Sequence record: MT710307.1
Reading direction: 5' to 3' (one strand)
Length of the DNA: 64,000 bases
This document shows positions 14,701-24,676 of the stretch, one piece after another. A model generated the notes under the pieces. It made no database searches, had not been told where the DNA came from, and saw only the letters and a list, made by a program, of their open reading frames with translations. The position numbers and the translations under genes are program-made. Position 1 is the stretch's first letter. Each line of letters begins with the position of its first letter.

Positions 14701-17013
14701 GTGGAATATAACGAACCCTTTCGGCTGTCAAAAGACGAGTACAATCGTGACATTGATGTCATTGATGCCTACTTCGAACAACTGACGCTGTACATCTGGC
14801 ACCAAACCGATCACAAGTACAGCAAAGAATTTATCCGTGCACAACTCGACGAGATGTTTGCGGAAGATGGCGAACTGGCTCACACTTACCCGACTTGTAA
14901 GCTGTGGGTGCGCGACCAGCAAACGGGTGACCGTAAAGAGAAGTTCACCACCGTGGACAAGCTGTTGCGCGTGGTCATCGATAAGCAGATTATTTCTGCT
15001 CCGTCACTGACCTTCTATTTACCTGAGCATGTCAAGCGTTCAAAGCTTGCGGAATTCACCGCAGAGAACGTGCGTAAACGTGCGGTCATCAAAAACGAGA
15101 TGTACGAAGCGGCAGCAGCCGGTAACGACGTCTTAAAGACCAACAAGAAGAACGAACAGAACGCCGTTAAGACCCTGAACAACGGTATGTCTGGTGCGTT
15201 CTCTTCTCCGTATACTGTTATCTTCAACCAGTCGTCACACTCCGTACTGACCTCCACCTGCCGAACAGCGACCTCGTTTGGTAACGCAGGTAACGAGCGT
15301 CTGTTGGGTGGTAACCGACATTACGATACGCCAGCGCGTGTCATTGAGCACTTCCTCAGCATCGGTACCCTTACCGACTTCGCAGAATTCAAACGCTGTG
15401 TTGAGAAGTACAACCTGCATATCCCAACCGTCCAAGAAACCATGGACGTCATCAACTACTCTGCTAACCTGTACTGGCGTTCTGCTGTTGGGTCAGAGAA
15501 AGTTGAACACTACGTGTCCCGCGTCAGCGATCTCGAACGTGCGGCCTTCGTCTACATGGGTGACTTCTTCCATCTGGCGAAGTACAACGACAAATTCATG
15601 CGTGGTTTCATCGGTGCACTGATCTCCGAAGAAGAGTTCGGTGATTGTGCCCATTGGACAGACGCTGACTGGTCAGCTGCTGAGAAAACCATCGACGGCG
15701 ATATGAAGATTGTGATTGCTCAGTTCCGTACCGATGTGGTACCGCTGGGTAAATCGTTTGGGGATGTGAAGCTCAAAGACGAAGAAACGGAGAAAGCCTT
15801 ACCGTGGAGTGAACAGGCCAAGTATAAAGAACTGATTAGCACCGCGATGTACTTGCAGCGCACCATCGGTGAATACGCTTGCCTGATTCGCAACGTCCTG
15901 ACCACCAAAAACCTGCCAATCAATATTGCCCGTATGCCGGACATGATTCGTCGTGTGGGTGTGGTATCCGATACGGACTCCACCATGATGACCGCGCAGT
16001 GGTGGGCACAGTGGTACACCGGTCAGCATTACGGCCGTGAAGCCACCCGTGTGTCAGATGCAATGATTTACATTGCGACTCAGCACCTGCGTCACCTCAT
16101 GGCCAGTATGTCAGCGAACATCGGTGTGGCGAAAGAACGCCTATTCCTGTACGCGATGAAGAACGAGTATAAGTTTGACTCGTTTGCACTGACCACGAAA
16201 GCGAAGCACTACTTCTCCATTATTACCGGACAGGAAGGCCAGCTCAAGAAAGACCCAGAGTTGGAAGTAAAAGGTGTATCTCTGCGTACATCGAACATTC
16301 CACCGGTTATCATGAAGGAGTTCAAGAAAACGATTCGTGAGCTGTGTATGATTGTTGCACGCGGTGACCGTATCGAAATCGTTCCACTGCTGGAGAAAGT
16401 GGCGGCTATCGAGCACAACGTTGTAGACTCACTGCGTGCCGGTAATGCTGGGTACCTGAAAACGACCAACATCAAATCCCGTGATGCTTATCAGGGCGAT
16501 GAGAAATCGTATCACTACCACCGCATGTACAACGCTATCTTTGGGCCGAAGTATGGGTATCTGGAAGAACCACCGTATGATGCGGTGAAACTGCCGGTGA
16601 ACCTCGGGTCTAAAACTGCCATGAAAGATTGGATTGAGTCTATCGAAGACCCAGTTATCCGTAATGGTGCGAAGCAGTGGTTTGAAGACACCTATGGCCG
16701 TACTTACGCGACCTTAATCCTGCCGGAATATCTGGTAGAGAACCACGGTATCCCACCGGAGCTGATTGCCGCGGCAGACTTACGCCGTACTGCGTTTGCC
16801 ACGGTAGAACCGTATTACCACGTTCTTGAGTGCTTGGGCGTCTTCATGATTGATAAGAAGCGCACACGTCTGCTGTCAGACTACTACGGTGAAACTCTCG
16901 ATGCCGAAGAAGTGTTGCCAGAACTGAAAGATGTGAAGTACATCAAGAAATCTGAACGTGATGCGGAAGACAGCGAGGAAGATGAAGATGGGGAAGAAGA
17001 TGCAGCTGAATAA
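14701..17013 (+). CDS. family-B DNA polymerase, catalytic (palm/fingers/thumb) subunit (phiKZ gp50-like)
   Basis: Motif B-like KTLNNGMSGA, motif C VVSDTDS, TTKAKHY; 770 aa with an acidic tail. Confidence 0.88.
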   Translation: MEYNEPFRLSKDEYNRDIDVIDAYFEQLTLYIWHQTDHKYSKEFIRAQLDEMFAEDGELAHTYPTCKLWVRDQQTGDRKEKFTTVDKLLRVVIDKQIISAPSLTFYLPEHVKRSKLAEFTAENVRKRAVIKNEMYEAAAAGNDVLKTNKKNEQNAVKTLNNGMSGAFSSPYTVIFNQSSHSVLTSTCRTATSFGNAGNERLLGGNRHYDTPARVIEHFLSIGTLTDFAEFKRCVEKYNLHIPTVQETMDVINYSANLYWRSAVGSEKVEHYVSRVSDLERAAFVYMGDFFHLAKYNDKFMRGFIGALISEEEFGDCAHWTDADWSAAEKTIDGDMKIVIAQFRTDVVPLGKSFGDVKLKDEETEKALPWSEQAKYKELISTAMYLQRTIGEYACLIRNVLTTKNLPINIARMPDMIRRVGVVSDTDSTMMTAQWWAQWYTGQHYGREATRVSDAMIYIATQHLRHLMASMSANIGVAKERLFLYAMKNEYKFDSFALTTKAKHYFSIITGQEGQLKKDPELEVKGVSLRTSNIPPVIMKEFKKTIRELCMIVARGDRIEIVPLLEKVAAIEHNVVDSLRAGNAGYLKTTNIKSRDAYQGDEKSYHYHRMYNAIFGPKYGYLEEPPYDAVKLPVNLGSKTAMKDWIESIEDPVIRNGAKQWFEDTYGRTYATLILPEYLVENHGIPPELIAAADLRRTAFATVEPYYHVLECLGVFMIDKKRTRLLSDYYGETLDAEEVLPELKDVKYIKKSERDAEDSEEDEDGEEDAAE

Positions 17014-17317
17014 AATCACAGCCCGCTTTATTTCTAACCAACCGTATAAAACCATTAACAGCATCATCATGCCGCCCAACCAAACCATTGGGCCGGTACC
17101 GGCAGGTTCGACGTCATGCTACCCTCAGCAAGAAGCAACCCCTCTCGTTCTTTGGGAGGGCAAGGCTTCAGACATTGACCCGCAACACGAGCAGGTGGAT
17201 TTTATTCTGCGGACGTGGATAGGGGTGTGCTTGCAAGAAAAAAGCATCGAACAGGTGCGGGCTGAGGAAGACGCTTATCGTTCACGATACCCTAAGCGGT
17301 TTCCCCGCAGACATTAA
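17000..17317 (+). CDS. hypothetical protein
   Basis: In frame with ORF 16958..17317; probable start MQLNK at 17000, overlapping the polymerase stop. Confidence 0.55.
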   Translation: MQLNKITARFISNQPYKTINSIIMPPNQTIGPVPAGSTSCYPQQEATPLVLWEGKASDIDPQHEQVDFILRTWIGVCLQEKSIEQVRAEEDAYRSRYPKRFPRRH

Positions 17318-17322
17318 GGTGG

Positions 17323-17505
17323 TTGGTCGTGTACCATGACATCAAATCGTCAAACGAGCGTATCGCTGAGATACGCCGGGAGTACACCGAAAAGGGGTAC
17401 GAAAATATCACGGTCTGGCGAGCAGGGGAGCGGATACACATTCAGGCATACGACCCGAAGCGGAAACGCGACATTAACTGCTACGCCATTCCCAATCCAT
17501 TGTAG
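17323..17505 (+). CDS. small hypothetical protein
   Basis: 60 aa, TAAGGTGG RBS before a TTG start. Confidence 0.55.
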   Translation: MVVYHDIKSSNERIAEIRREYTEKGYENITVWRAGERIHIQAYDPKRKRDINCYAIPNPL

Positions 17506-17513
17506 GGATTCCC

Positions 17514-18098
17514 ATGGAACAGATTTTGTTGGAAAGGTTTAAACGGTTCTGCCGCAATGAACGCCTAAAAAGGCTGCGGGAGAATCTCCGTGCAAGTATC
17601 TTAAAGATGGTGAACGATGCAAACGAAAAGTCTGGGTATAATGAAGCCATTCATCGTGAACTCGATGAAGACAAACTGATCCCACACTTTCGGATGCCGC
17701 AGGCGAATAAGATTTATCAGCCCGGTGGTAAAGGTTCCACGTTGGTTGTGGAGATGAACCCGAACTGCACGCTCGCCAAACGTCTGCTGAAAGAAGCCCA
17801 GTACCGCTACTTCGCTGTCTGGGATTTCGAAGAGATTGAACTGGACTACGGTTTAGCCGGACACTGCCGTGTTACCGCACTGGCAGGGTTCCTCAATCGC
17901 TTTCCGGGTTTGAAGGGTAAAGTGTCTGTGGGTGAAGACACCCGTGGCTTAACTTTGACTGCACCGAACGACGTGGTTGAGTTGGACTTCGTGGTGATTG
18001 CCCCCGATGGTAAGTATCATCTCCAGCGTTTTACCAACGACAACGTAGGGCATGTGTGTGCGCAACTGCACATCAGCTACTACCAGTCAAAAAAATAA
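17514..18098 (+). CDS. hypothetical protein
   Basis: 194 aa, AGGGA RBS. Confidence 0.75.
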   Translation: MEQILLERFKRFCRNERLKRLRENLRASILKMVNDANEKSGYNEAIHRELDEDKLIPHFRMPQANKIYQPGGKGSTLVVEMNPNCTLAKRLLKEAQYRYFAVWDFEEIELDYGLAGHCRVTALAGFLNRFPGLKGKVSVGEDTRGLTLTAPNDVVELDFVVIAPDGKYHLQRFTNDNVGHVCAQLHISYYQSKK

Positions 18099-18188
18099 AA
18101 TGAGGTAATTGCACCCTTTCGAGTGCAATTACAAGTTATTCCCTATTATATGTAAACCGGAATGGTTTACGGGGGAGGGAGTAAATTC

Positions 18189-19253
18189 TCATTTTTCAGC
18201 ATGGTCTAACAAGGGCTGAATCAGGGTTTGCCGGAAGTGGTTATAGACCGCCTTTGGCAACTTGTTTAAGACCTTGGTATCTGCATAGCGACCGATCTCA
18301 TACGAGACGTCCTTCAGGTACGCATCCATGTGACCTTTGTTGTACTGGAGACAGTGCAGCATCCAATGCCAGTTGACCAACGTCAGATGCCACGAGCCCT
18401 GGAATGTTAATCCGGGGTCACGGTGAACGATGCGGCCAATCGCACTCCGGTTTCCATCTAATGGAAATTGGAATGGCTGGATGACGTGTGCCAATACGAC
18501 CCCCGGTATTGGATTCCCCGTCAATAGCGACTGACGTGTCTGGGTGGCGTTGCGGATAGCAATATCGCGCAGCGGCGGAACCGGAATCGTTCGCAAAGGT
18601 TGATCCGTCTCTATATCTTGACCCGTCGCCACAAAACGATGGATGTTGAGTAAAGAGATATCCATATAGCTCGGCAGCATACGGCTGATAACGTGTCGCC
18701 AGATATACGTCGGGCTGGTCACTACTTCGTTGGAACGGTTGTAATAGGCAAACGCTTTAACGTGTTGCCACAGCAGCTCTACGAGATTGATCTCGATAAT
18801 ACTCACCCCACGCGGCTTGCCATTCCCGAGTTGCCAGTTTAGATTGGTGTACTCGTGATACAGGTAGCGGGCCGGTGCGTATTCGCGAAAGGATAACTCA
18901 GGATCGATTGGGCGGGCCACGAGCGAGATGATCTCATCTTGGCCTTCGATGAACATACCGTTGAAGACTTTTCCGTATTCACCCATCGAGGTTAAGCGTT
19001 CGGCATTGCCGATACCAATCAACCGTCGACGACATGCCCACTCTACGGTTTCGTAGTCGGGGTCTGTTGAGTAACCGATGGCTGAGATTAACTTCGCGAT
19101 GAGGTGGCCGGATTCTACACGGGTCTGTACCGAGTCAAAGTAGTTGCGAATACGTTGGTGGTTATTTTTTACAAGAGCTGCCAATTGTATAGCGGTAGGG
19201 TCGACGTTATGCCCTTTGATTTCCACTTGCTTTAATTCGGCTTGACTGAACAT
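18189..19253 (-). CDS. conserved Chimalliviridae protein (syntenic with phiKZ gp52)
   Basis: AGGAG RBS before ATG 19253 (MFSQAELK...); divergent from chimallin. Confidence 0.75.
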   Translation of the reverse strand: MFSQAELKQVEIKGHNVDPTAIQLAALVKNNHQRIRNYFDSVQTRVESGHLIAKLISAIGYSTDPDYETVEWACRRRLIGIGNAERLTSMGEYGKVFNGMFIEGQDEIISLVARPIDPELSFREYAPARYLYHEYTNLNWQLGNGKPRGVSIIEINLVELLWQHVKAFAYYNRSNEVVTSPTYIWRHVISRMLPSYMDISLLNIHRFVATGQDIETDQPLRTIPVPPLRDIAIRNATQTRQSLLTGNPIPGVVLAHVIQPFQFPLDGNRSAIGRIVHRDPGLTFQGSWHLTLVNWHWMLHCLQYNKGHMDAYLKDVSYEIGRYADTKVLNKLPKAVYNHFRQTLIQPLLDHAEK

Positions 19254-19310
19254 GATTCTCTCCTGTGTTACCACATAGGAACTAGGTCGTAGTCAAAGAA
19301 ATTACAGATG

Positions 19311-19326
19311 TATATTATCATTGTGA
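19311..19326 (+). promoter_or_regulatory. early promoter 1 of chimallin
   Basis: TATATTATC-ATT-GTGA. Confidence 0.7.
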
Positions 19327-19401
19327 CGGTTCCGGTTATTCTTTCTGTTATGTGTTATTCATTAGGCGACGGCTTAACTGCATTCCACAAATTTACAGAT
19401 T

Positions 19402-19417
19402 GATATTATCACTGTGA
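19402..19417 (+). promoter_or_regulatory. early promoter 2 of chimallin
   Basis: GATATTATC-ACT-GTGA, 91 nt after the first copy. Confidence 0.7.
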
Positions 19418-19456
19418 ACTTACTCGTACTAATTATCTTTCAAGGATTATATAACC

Positions 19457-21271
19457 ATGGTTAAATATGTTGGCGAAAATGACACTCACGTTGAAGCTCA
19501 AGCTGCTGCTGCCGCGGAGACTGTAAACGTAAATCAGAACACCACCAAAGCTGCACCGGCTGCTGACTACAGCGCTGGTAACCACGTCGATTCTTTCGAC
19601 CAAGCGTTTGACTGGTCTTCTTCTTCTTCCAGCGCAAACGACTTCGTGCGTCTGCTGAAAGAAGCCGCTGAGAAAAACGAATACCTGTCCCGTTTCCGTT
19701 ACGGTCTGGTAAAAGGCATCTCTGCCGAAATGGGTTCTGCCGCATACGTTGCTGGCGAACTGAACGGCGCATGGCTGTACGGTCTGGTCTTCTTCGAGAA
19801 GGGCCAGTCTATCCGTATCTACGAAACCACCAACCGTCAGGAAGATTACTTCACCCTGTCTAGCCTCATCAACAAAGATGTGCTGGCGAAGGTGTCTGAG
19901 TCTATCCGTGAAGACCACGGTATCGATAACGTCCACTACATGATCACCAACTGTGTGCCTGACTTCTCCGGCAACGTGGTTGATATCAACTGGGCGAAGT
20001 CTCTGATGGGCCAGCTGCTGCTGGGCGTGTTCGGTCGTGCGGTAGGTTACCTGGGCACCATCGTGCTGAAGAAAACCGATCGCTTCGTAGCGAACGTTGC
20101 AACTCCGGAAACGGGTGTGGCAACTGACGTCAACGGTCACCCGAACCGTGCGGACATCGCTGTGTACGTTGAGCATACGCCGACCAATCAGGAAAGCGAT
20201 ACTCCAACGCTGCTGAGCGATAGCATCCCAACTGCGTACCCGCCGGTTCGTAGCTGCGGTTATCCGAACCTGCGCTTCACTGGCCTGAAAAAGGCAGTGG
20301 ACGGCGTACAGGATCTGAAACAGCTGCAAGGTGAAGTTGTTGTGTCACTGATTGACTCTCAGGCGAAAGGTTCTAAGGCCCCGCTGGAGCGTCAGTTCAT
20401 CGCATTCGGCGCGTTCGCGGATATCGCACAGAACGGCGGCTGGCGTGACCTGTACATCAACACCCTGAACAAACAGGATCGTAAGTTCTCCGCACTGGCT
20501 TCTCATCTGAGCTGGGGTGCAGAGCAGGCTCCTGACCTGGGTAAACTGGATAGCTCTCGTGAGCTGGTTGACCGCGCTCTGCGTGTGTTCGCACCAAGCT
20601 CTGCTGCGCTGGTAGTCCGTCATCGTGCGGGTAACGGTGTGGGCGGTCTGTCCAACATGTTCGCTGAGATTGCTCTGCGTAACACTAACACCCTGGGTCA
20701 GCTGCTGAACGTTCTGAACAGCATGTTCGGCGATGTTGACGGTGTGAACTTCACCACCTACCTCGGTCAGCAACTGGGTGTATCTACCATCACCTGTGCA
20801 CATATCGTCGCAGCCGCAGTGCCGACTCTGGATGGCGTGTACACGTCTACCGCAGCGCACCGCTCTCTGCAAGATATGGACCTGACCTCTGTTGCTACCC
20901 ACCTGGGTGACAAACAGCAGGAAATGTACCGTTACATGCACGCCCAGTCTTACGCTAACCGTGAGCTGGAAGGTCATGCTCAGCGCATCTACTTGGCTAA
21001 GCTGGCTTCTGCAATGTACGGTAACCGTTCACTGCGCTTCACTGGCGAATCTCTGGATATGGCAATCCATCCGGTGTTCGCACGTTGCGTACTGGATAAG
21101 CTGCGTCAGAAAGCAAGCTTCCAGGTGAACGGCGTCAACGCCAACAACGAGCTGGACAACTCCCTGTTCTACAACCAGGGTGGTGAAACGTTCGTGCTGT
21201 CAGGTAACGGCCAGACTGGTGGTATCGACACATTCGGTCTGGGTGTAACCCTTACCGACTACAAACTGTAA
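19457..21271 (+). CDS. chmA: chimallin, major phage-nucleus shell protein
   Basis: 604 aa; directly upstream of nvRNAP beta'-N as in all nucleus-forming phages; tandem early promoters, strongly biased codon usage, low-complexity N- and C-tails, strong terminator. Confidence 0.85.
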   Translation: MVKYVGENDTHVEAQAAAAAETVNVNQNTTKAAPAADYSAGNHVDSFDQAFDWSSSSSSANDFVRLLKEAAEKNEYLSRFRYGLVKGISAEMGSAAYVAGELNGAWLYGLVFFEKGQSIRIYETTNRQEDYFTLSSLINKDVLAKVSESIREDHGIDNVHYMITNCVPDFSGNVVDINWAKSLMGQLLLGVFGRAVGYLGTIVLKKTDRFVANVATPETGVATDVNGHPNRADIAVYVEHTPTNQESDTPTLLSDSIPTAYPPVRSCGYPNLRFTGLKKAVDGVQDLKQLQGEVVVSLIDSQAKGSKAPLERQFIAFGAFADIAQNGGWRDLYINTLNKQDRKFSALASHLSWGAEQAPDLGKLDSSRELVDRALRVFAPSSAALVVRHRAGNGVGGLSNMFAEIALRNTNTLGQLLNVLNSMFGDVDGVNFTTYLGQQLGVSTITCAHIVAAAVPTLDGVYTSTAAHRSLQDMDLTSVATHLGDKQQEMYRYMHAQSYANRELEGHAQRIYLAKLASAMYGNRSLRFTGESLDMAIHPVFARCVLDKLRQKASFQVNGVNANNELDNSLFYNQGGETFVLSGNGQTGGIDTFGLGVTLTDYKL

Positions 21272-21290
21272 TCCGTTTGTAGTGTAGTCG

Positions 21291-21331
21291 GGGTGGGAGC
21301 ATTTGCTCCCACCCTACCACCATCTTTTTTT
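21291..21331 (+). terminator. chmA terminator
   Basis: GGGTGGGAGC-ATTT-GCTCCCACCC stem, T-run downstream. Confidence 0.75.
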
Positions 21332-21344
21332 GGTTGAGGTAAAA

Positions 21345-22937
21345 ATGCAGGCACCAAAGTTTTATGGAATCTCAGGACGATTAGAGGCACAGGATCATTA
21401 TCTGCGTGACCTCCTTATCGAGGCCGGAGCGAAACAAATTAAACCTCCGACCATCATCAATGACTTGGCCATTGGTGGTGACCCCATCAAAGTGGCTGAG
21501 CAGATTGACCTGCTGGTGCAAAACCGCATTATTGATGAACAGCTCAACTCTGCGCCAATTTGTAGCATCACTTGCGATAACCCGATCGCCCACCGTTACA
21601 ACCTCGGCAAGCAATGTCCATGTTGTGGATATCGCGTCACCGAAAACCGTATTGAATCGGATGTGTGGTTGCGTGCGCCAGATGAGATTGAGTATTTCAT
21701 CAACCCGCGCTTCTGGGCGATGTTCAATGCGTTCTTTAATAACAACAAGAAACCGCGCAAGTTTGATCGGACAAAAGTTGCCATTGGTAACGGATCTGAT
21801 CTGATGATGTGGTTCCTTGACCCGTATTACCGTGCTGATGAGCCTGACTCAAAACGTGCGGCTGTTGTGAAGCGAATCATGGAAGAACATGGTGTCCGTC
21901 GTGGGATTCATTATTTCACCGGCCACTACAAACAAATCTTTGATATTCTTACCCGGCCTGACAACTGGCGTGAGATTTATCCACCGCAACGCAACAATGC
22001 GAGTGAAAGCGAAATCCTGCGTACCCAATGGGTAGAGCTGATCGAAACCCAAGGTAAGGCTATACTCACCAAACATCTGCCGATTATTTCGTCGAAGATG
22101 ATTGTGTCCGAGGAAGGTCGCCGTGGTGTGGTGATTGACCCTATCTTCACCGCTGCCATTGACTCGGTGAAAAACATTGCGCAGCTGTATACCCGCAAAC
22201 GCAGTATGGAATCGCGCTTTGTTATCAGTAAAGCACTGAAAGCAAACCGTCAGCTGACGTACTTCCATATTGACTTCCGTCGTGAGACGCTGGAACAAAA
22301 GCCGGGTCACTATCGTGCGAAAGTATCTTCAACGCATGTGTGCAACTCTGGTCGTGCAACAATCTCACCAATTGCCTCTCCGCATGATGCGTGGAAGTTG
22401 GTGGCACCGTGGCGTTGGTCGGTTGGCTTGCTCAGCGTAGACATCGAGTCGAAACTGTTGCAGCGTGGCTTCTCCTCACGCCAGTGTGAACGTATTGTTG
22501 CAAAAGCAGCGATGCAGTATGATCCGTTGGTCGATGAAATCTTCAAAGAGCTGATTGCGGAGTCACCGGGTGGCATGGGTATCCTCGTCCTACCACTGCG
22601 TAACCCAACGTTGGTTCAGCTGTCTGTACAGGCGCTGTGGATTGACCAAATCATCACGGATGTTGACCAGTGCTCGATTCGTATCTCTGACCGCGTCATT
22701 AAGATGGCTAACGCCGACTTTGATGGTGACCAGCTCATGGTTTACCGTCCGACCGATCAAATCGAAATCGATCTGGCAATGGCGTTCCGTCCAGACAACG
22801 GGTTCATGTCATCTACCAAAGTCAATGAGGTAGAAAGAGGCATGATTTTACATAGCGAACTTATCAGTATGCAGAACAGCTTCCTCTTAGAGGCCGAAGA
22901 GGATGACGAAGTAGGTTTAGCACTCGAAGACTTATAA
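21345..22937 (+). CDS. non-virion RNA polymerase beta' subunit, N-terminal part (phiKZ gp55-56.1-like)
   Basis: Zn-finger CPCC plus catalytic NADFDGD; GAGGT RBS before ATG 21345; one uninterrupted ORF. Confidence 0.93.
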   Translation: MQAPKFYGISGRLEAQDHYLRDLLIEAGAKQIKPPTIINDLAIGGDPIKVAEQIDLLVQNRIIDEQLNSAPICSITCDNPIAHRYNLGKQCPCCGYRVTENRIESDVWLRAPDEIEYFINPRFWAMFNAFFNNNKKPRKFDRTKVAIGNGSDLMMWFLDPYYRADEPDSKRAAVVKRIMEEHGVRRGIHYFTGHYKQIFDILTRPDNWREIYPPQRNNASESEILRTQWVELIETQGKAILTKHLPIISSKMIVSEEGRRGVVIDPIFTAAIDSVKNIAQLYTRKRSMESRFVISKALKANRQLTYFHIDFRRETLEQKPGHYRAKVSSTHVCNSGRATISPIASPHDAWKLVAPWRWSVGLLSVDIESKLLQRGFSSRQCERIVAKAAMQYDPLVDEIFKELIAESPGGMGILVLPLRNPTLVQLSVQALWIDQIITDVDQCSIRISDRVIKMANADFDGDQLMVYRPTDQIEIDLAMAFRPDNGFMSSTKVNEVERGMILHSELISMQNSFLLEAEEDDEVGLALEDL

Positions 22938-22952
22938 CAGGAGCAAACGAGT

Positions 22953-23540
22953 ATGTCGATGTGGAAGAATCTCTCTACCGCGTTTACGAAACAAGAAACC
23001 GGTAGCGGCTTTCATGATTTCTTTGAAAGCAAATTTAACATCGACCTGATAGCCCCCGACATGCGTGATAGTGTGTTGGAGCATCGTCGTGAGTTAGCGA
23101 ATATGGAAATCTTCCGTAAGACCACTGCGGCCGTACGCAAACTGCGCCATTCCGATGGTACAGAATGCATCCGCCAGCTGGAAACTATTGGGGAATTCCA
23201 ACACGCCAACCCACTGCTGCAACCGTTCTTGGTCGCCATGCCTGAATACCGTAAACCGTATAACGAATTTATGGCATCAGGCTATGAGAAAGGTTTCTCC
23301 GAGCTGGATATCTTCCGTGGTAATGCGTATATGCACACGGACGATAACTATCGTGAGATGACCACTGACGTCTCAACCGAATACGATGAAGATCGTATCT
23401 GGCATTGGGTAACCAATGAAGACCGTCAGTACCGTCCGGACGCTGTCGCGAAGGTCGAGTTAAATATCAACCGCGTGAGAATGCGAGACTTTGATTGGGA
23501 AGACGCAGATCCTTGCTCCCAATTCAACGCCTCGATGTAA
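22953..23540 (+). CDS. conserved Chimalliviridae protein (syntenic with phiKZ gp59)
   Basis: 195 aa, AGGAG RBS, follows beta'-N. Confidence 0.6.
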   Translation: MSMWKNLSTAFTKQETGSGFHDFFESKFNIDLIAPDMRDSVLEHRRELANMEIFRKTTAAVRKLRHSDGTECIRQLETIGEFQHANPLLQPFLVAMPEYRKPYNEFMASGYEKGFSELDIFRGNAYMHTDDNYREMTTDVSTEYDEDRIWHWVTNEDRQYRPDAVAKVELNINRVRMRDFDWEDADPCSQFNASM

Positions 23541-23542
23541 TA

Positions 23543-23582
23543 GAAGAAGAGAGGGAGATAAGCACCCTCTCTTTTTTTCTTC
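23543..23582. terminator. intrinsic terminator
   Basis: AAGAGAGGG/CCCTCTCTT stem plus T-tract. Confidence 0.75.
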
Positions 23583-23625
23583 TGCCAGCGCCCAAATCCT
23601 ATGTCAGTAACTGGGGAGATTAAAA

Positions 23626-24012
23626 ATGGTCGTTGCAGTCGGAACACTTTCTACGCGAGGTTGGGCAAAAACAACCGGCGATATGATCACGGAACTGATG
23701 AACCACTATACCGAAGCCGGGTATAGCCAGTCGGTGATTTACCGTGGGAATATCAAATCATTCTCTTTCCGTTGTGCTGCGTTCGCGCAAGACCCTGAAG
23801 AACTGGCATCCAAAGTCCAACAAGACTTGGTGTCTTTGTACGGGGGTGTGTTCACAGCTGGAGTAGAGGTCGAGTGTACTTACGAGTACCTTAACGATTC
23901 AGACATACGCTACCGTCTGATCATCAGCCTGCGGGTGTTACCGGCAGTGGGTGGTGATTGGGTTGACGCCATGCGTTATGTGAATGTAGATAAAGGAGCT
24001 TACGGTGGTTGA
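23626..24012 (+). CDS. probable virion protein, gp25-like baseplate wedge fold (phiKZ gp62-like)
   Basis: 128 aa with TATG upstream; VGTLSTRGW N-terminus and helix-then-strand layout. Assignment by resemblance and synteny. Confidence 0.5.
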   Translation: MVVAVGTLSTRGWAKTTGDMITELMNHYTEAGYSQSVIYRGNIKSFSFRCAAFAQDPEELASKVQQDLVSLYGGVFTAGVEVECTYEYLNDSDIRYRLIISLRVLPAVGGDWVDAMRYVNVDKGAYGG

Positions 24013-24676
24013 CGAGCCGATTAAGTTTGAAAATAATGCCATGTACGACCTGAACAAGATGGGGCCACAGGAAGTCTTCGAGTTTAACCGCGCGATGGAT
24101 ATCGAAGCGGAGATTCGTGATAACCTCGACCCGTATGCTCGCTTTACCGAGAGCATGTTCCGTCGTCAGGCATTGCCAATTCTCAGCGGTCTGCTGGATG
24201 GGTCATTTGATGACAACGCGTACATCAACTGCATTGGTTCTGCGATGGTACCGTTACAGGTAGTGCAGGACGAAGACCCGACCAAACTGATGTTCACCAT
24301 TCCACCGTTGTTCTTCACCGGACAATCGTTGCTGCATGTGGAAGGACAGCAGTCCCTGACCGATGAAGCGCTGGAGATTTCGTCTCGTGCAGAAATCCTG
24401 CCGATTCTGGGGCCGCGCGCCAAACACGATCTCATTGTCAATACGCTGGACGGTATTGAGATGGCATCGTACGAAACCAATCGTCGTCGCGCTAAGCAAA
24501 CGATTGATCTGCTGAACTGGGTGTTCAAGCGTTATAAGCTGAATGGCCAGATTGCGTATCCTGCGGGCATGGAAGATCTGATCCAAGCCGACGGTAAAGC
24601 TGCTGCACCTGCGGCGGTTGTACAACGCCAGCCGATTATCTCAGACGATGGTATTGAAGATGGTGAAGACCTCTAA
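24005..24676 (+). CDS. conserved hypothetical protein
   Basis: 223 aa, AAGGAG RBS before GTG. Confidence 0.75.
   Translation: MVDEPIKFENNAMYDLNKMGPQEVFEFNRAMDIEAEIRDNLDPYARFTESMFRRQALPILSGLLDGSFDDNAYINCIGSAMVPLQVVQDEDPTKLMFTIPPLFFTGQSLLHVEGQQSLTDEALEISSRAEILPILGPRAKHDLIVNTLDGIEMASYETNRRRAKQTIDLLNWVFKRYKLNGQIAYPAGMEDLIQADGKAAAPAAVVQRQPIISDDGIEDGEDL

Noticed and set aside
19433-20977. Long minus-strand ORFs opposite chimallin
   Set aside because: Shadow frames produced by the strong codon bias of a highly expressed gene.
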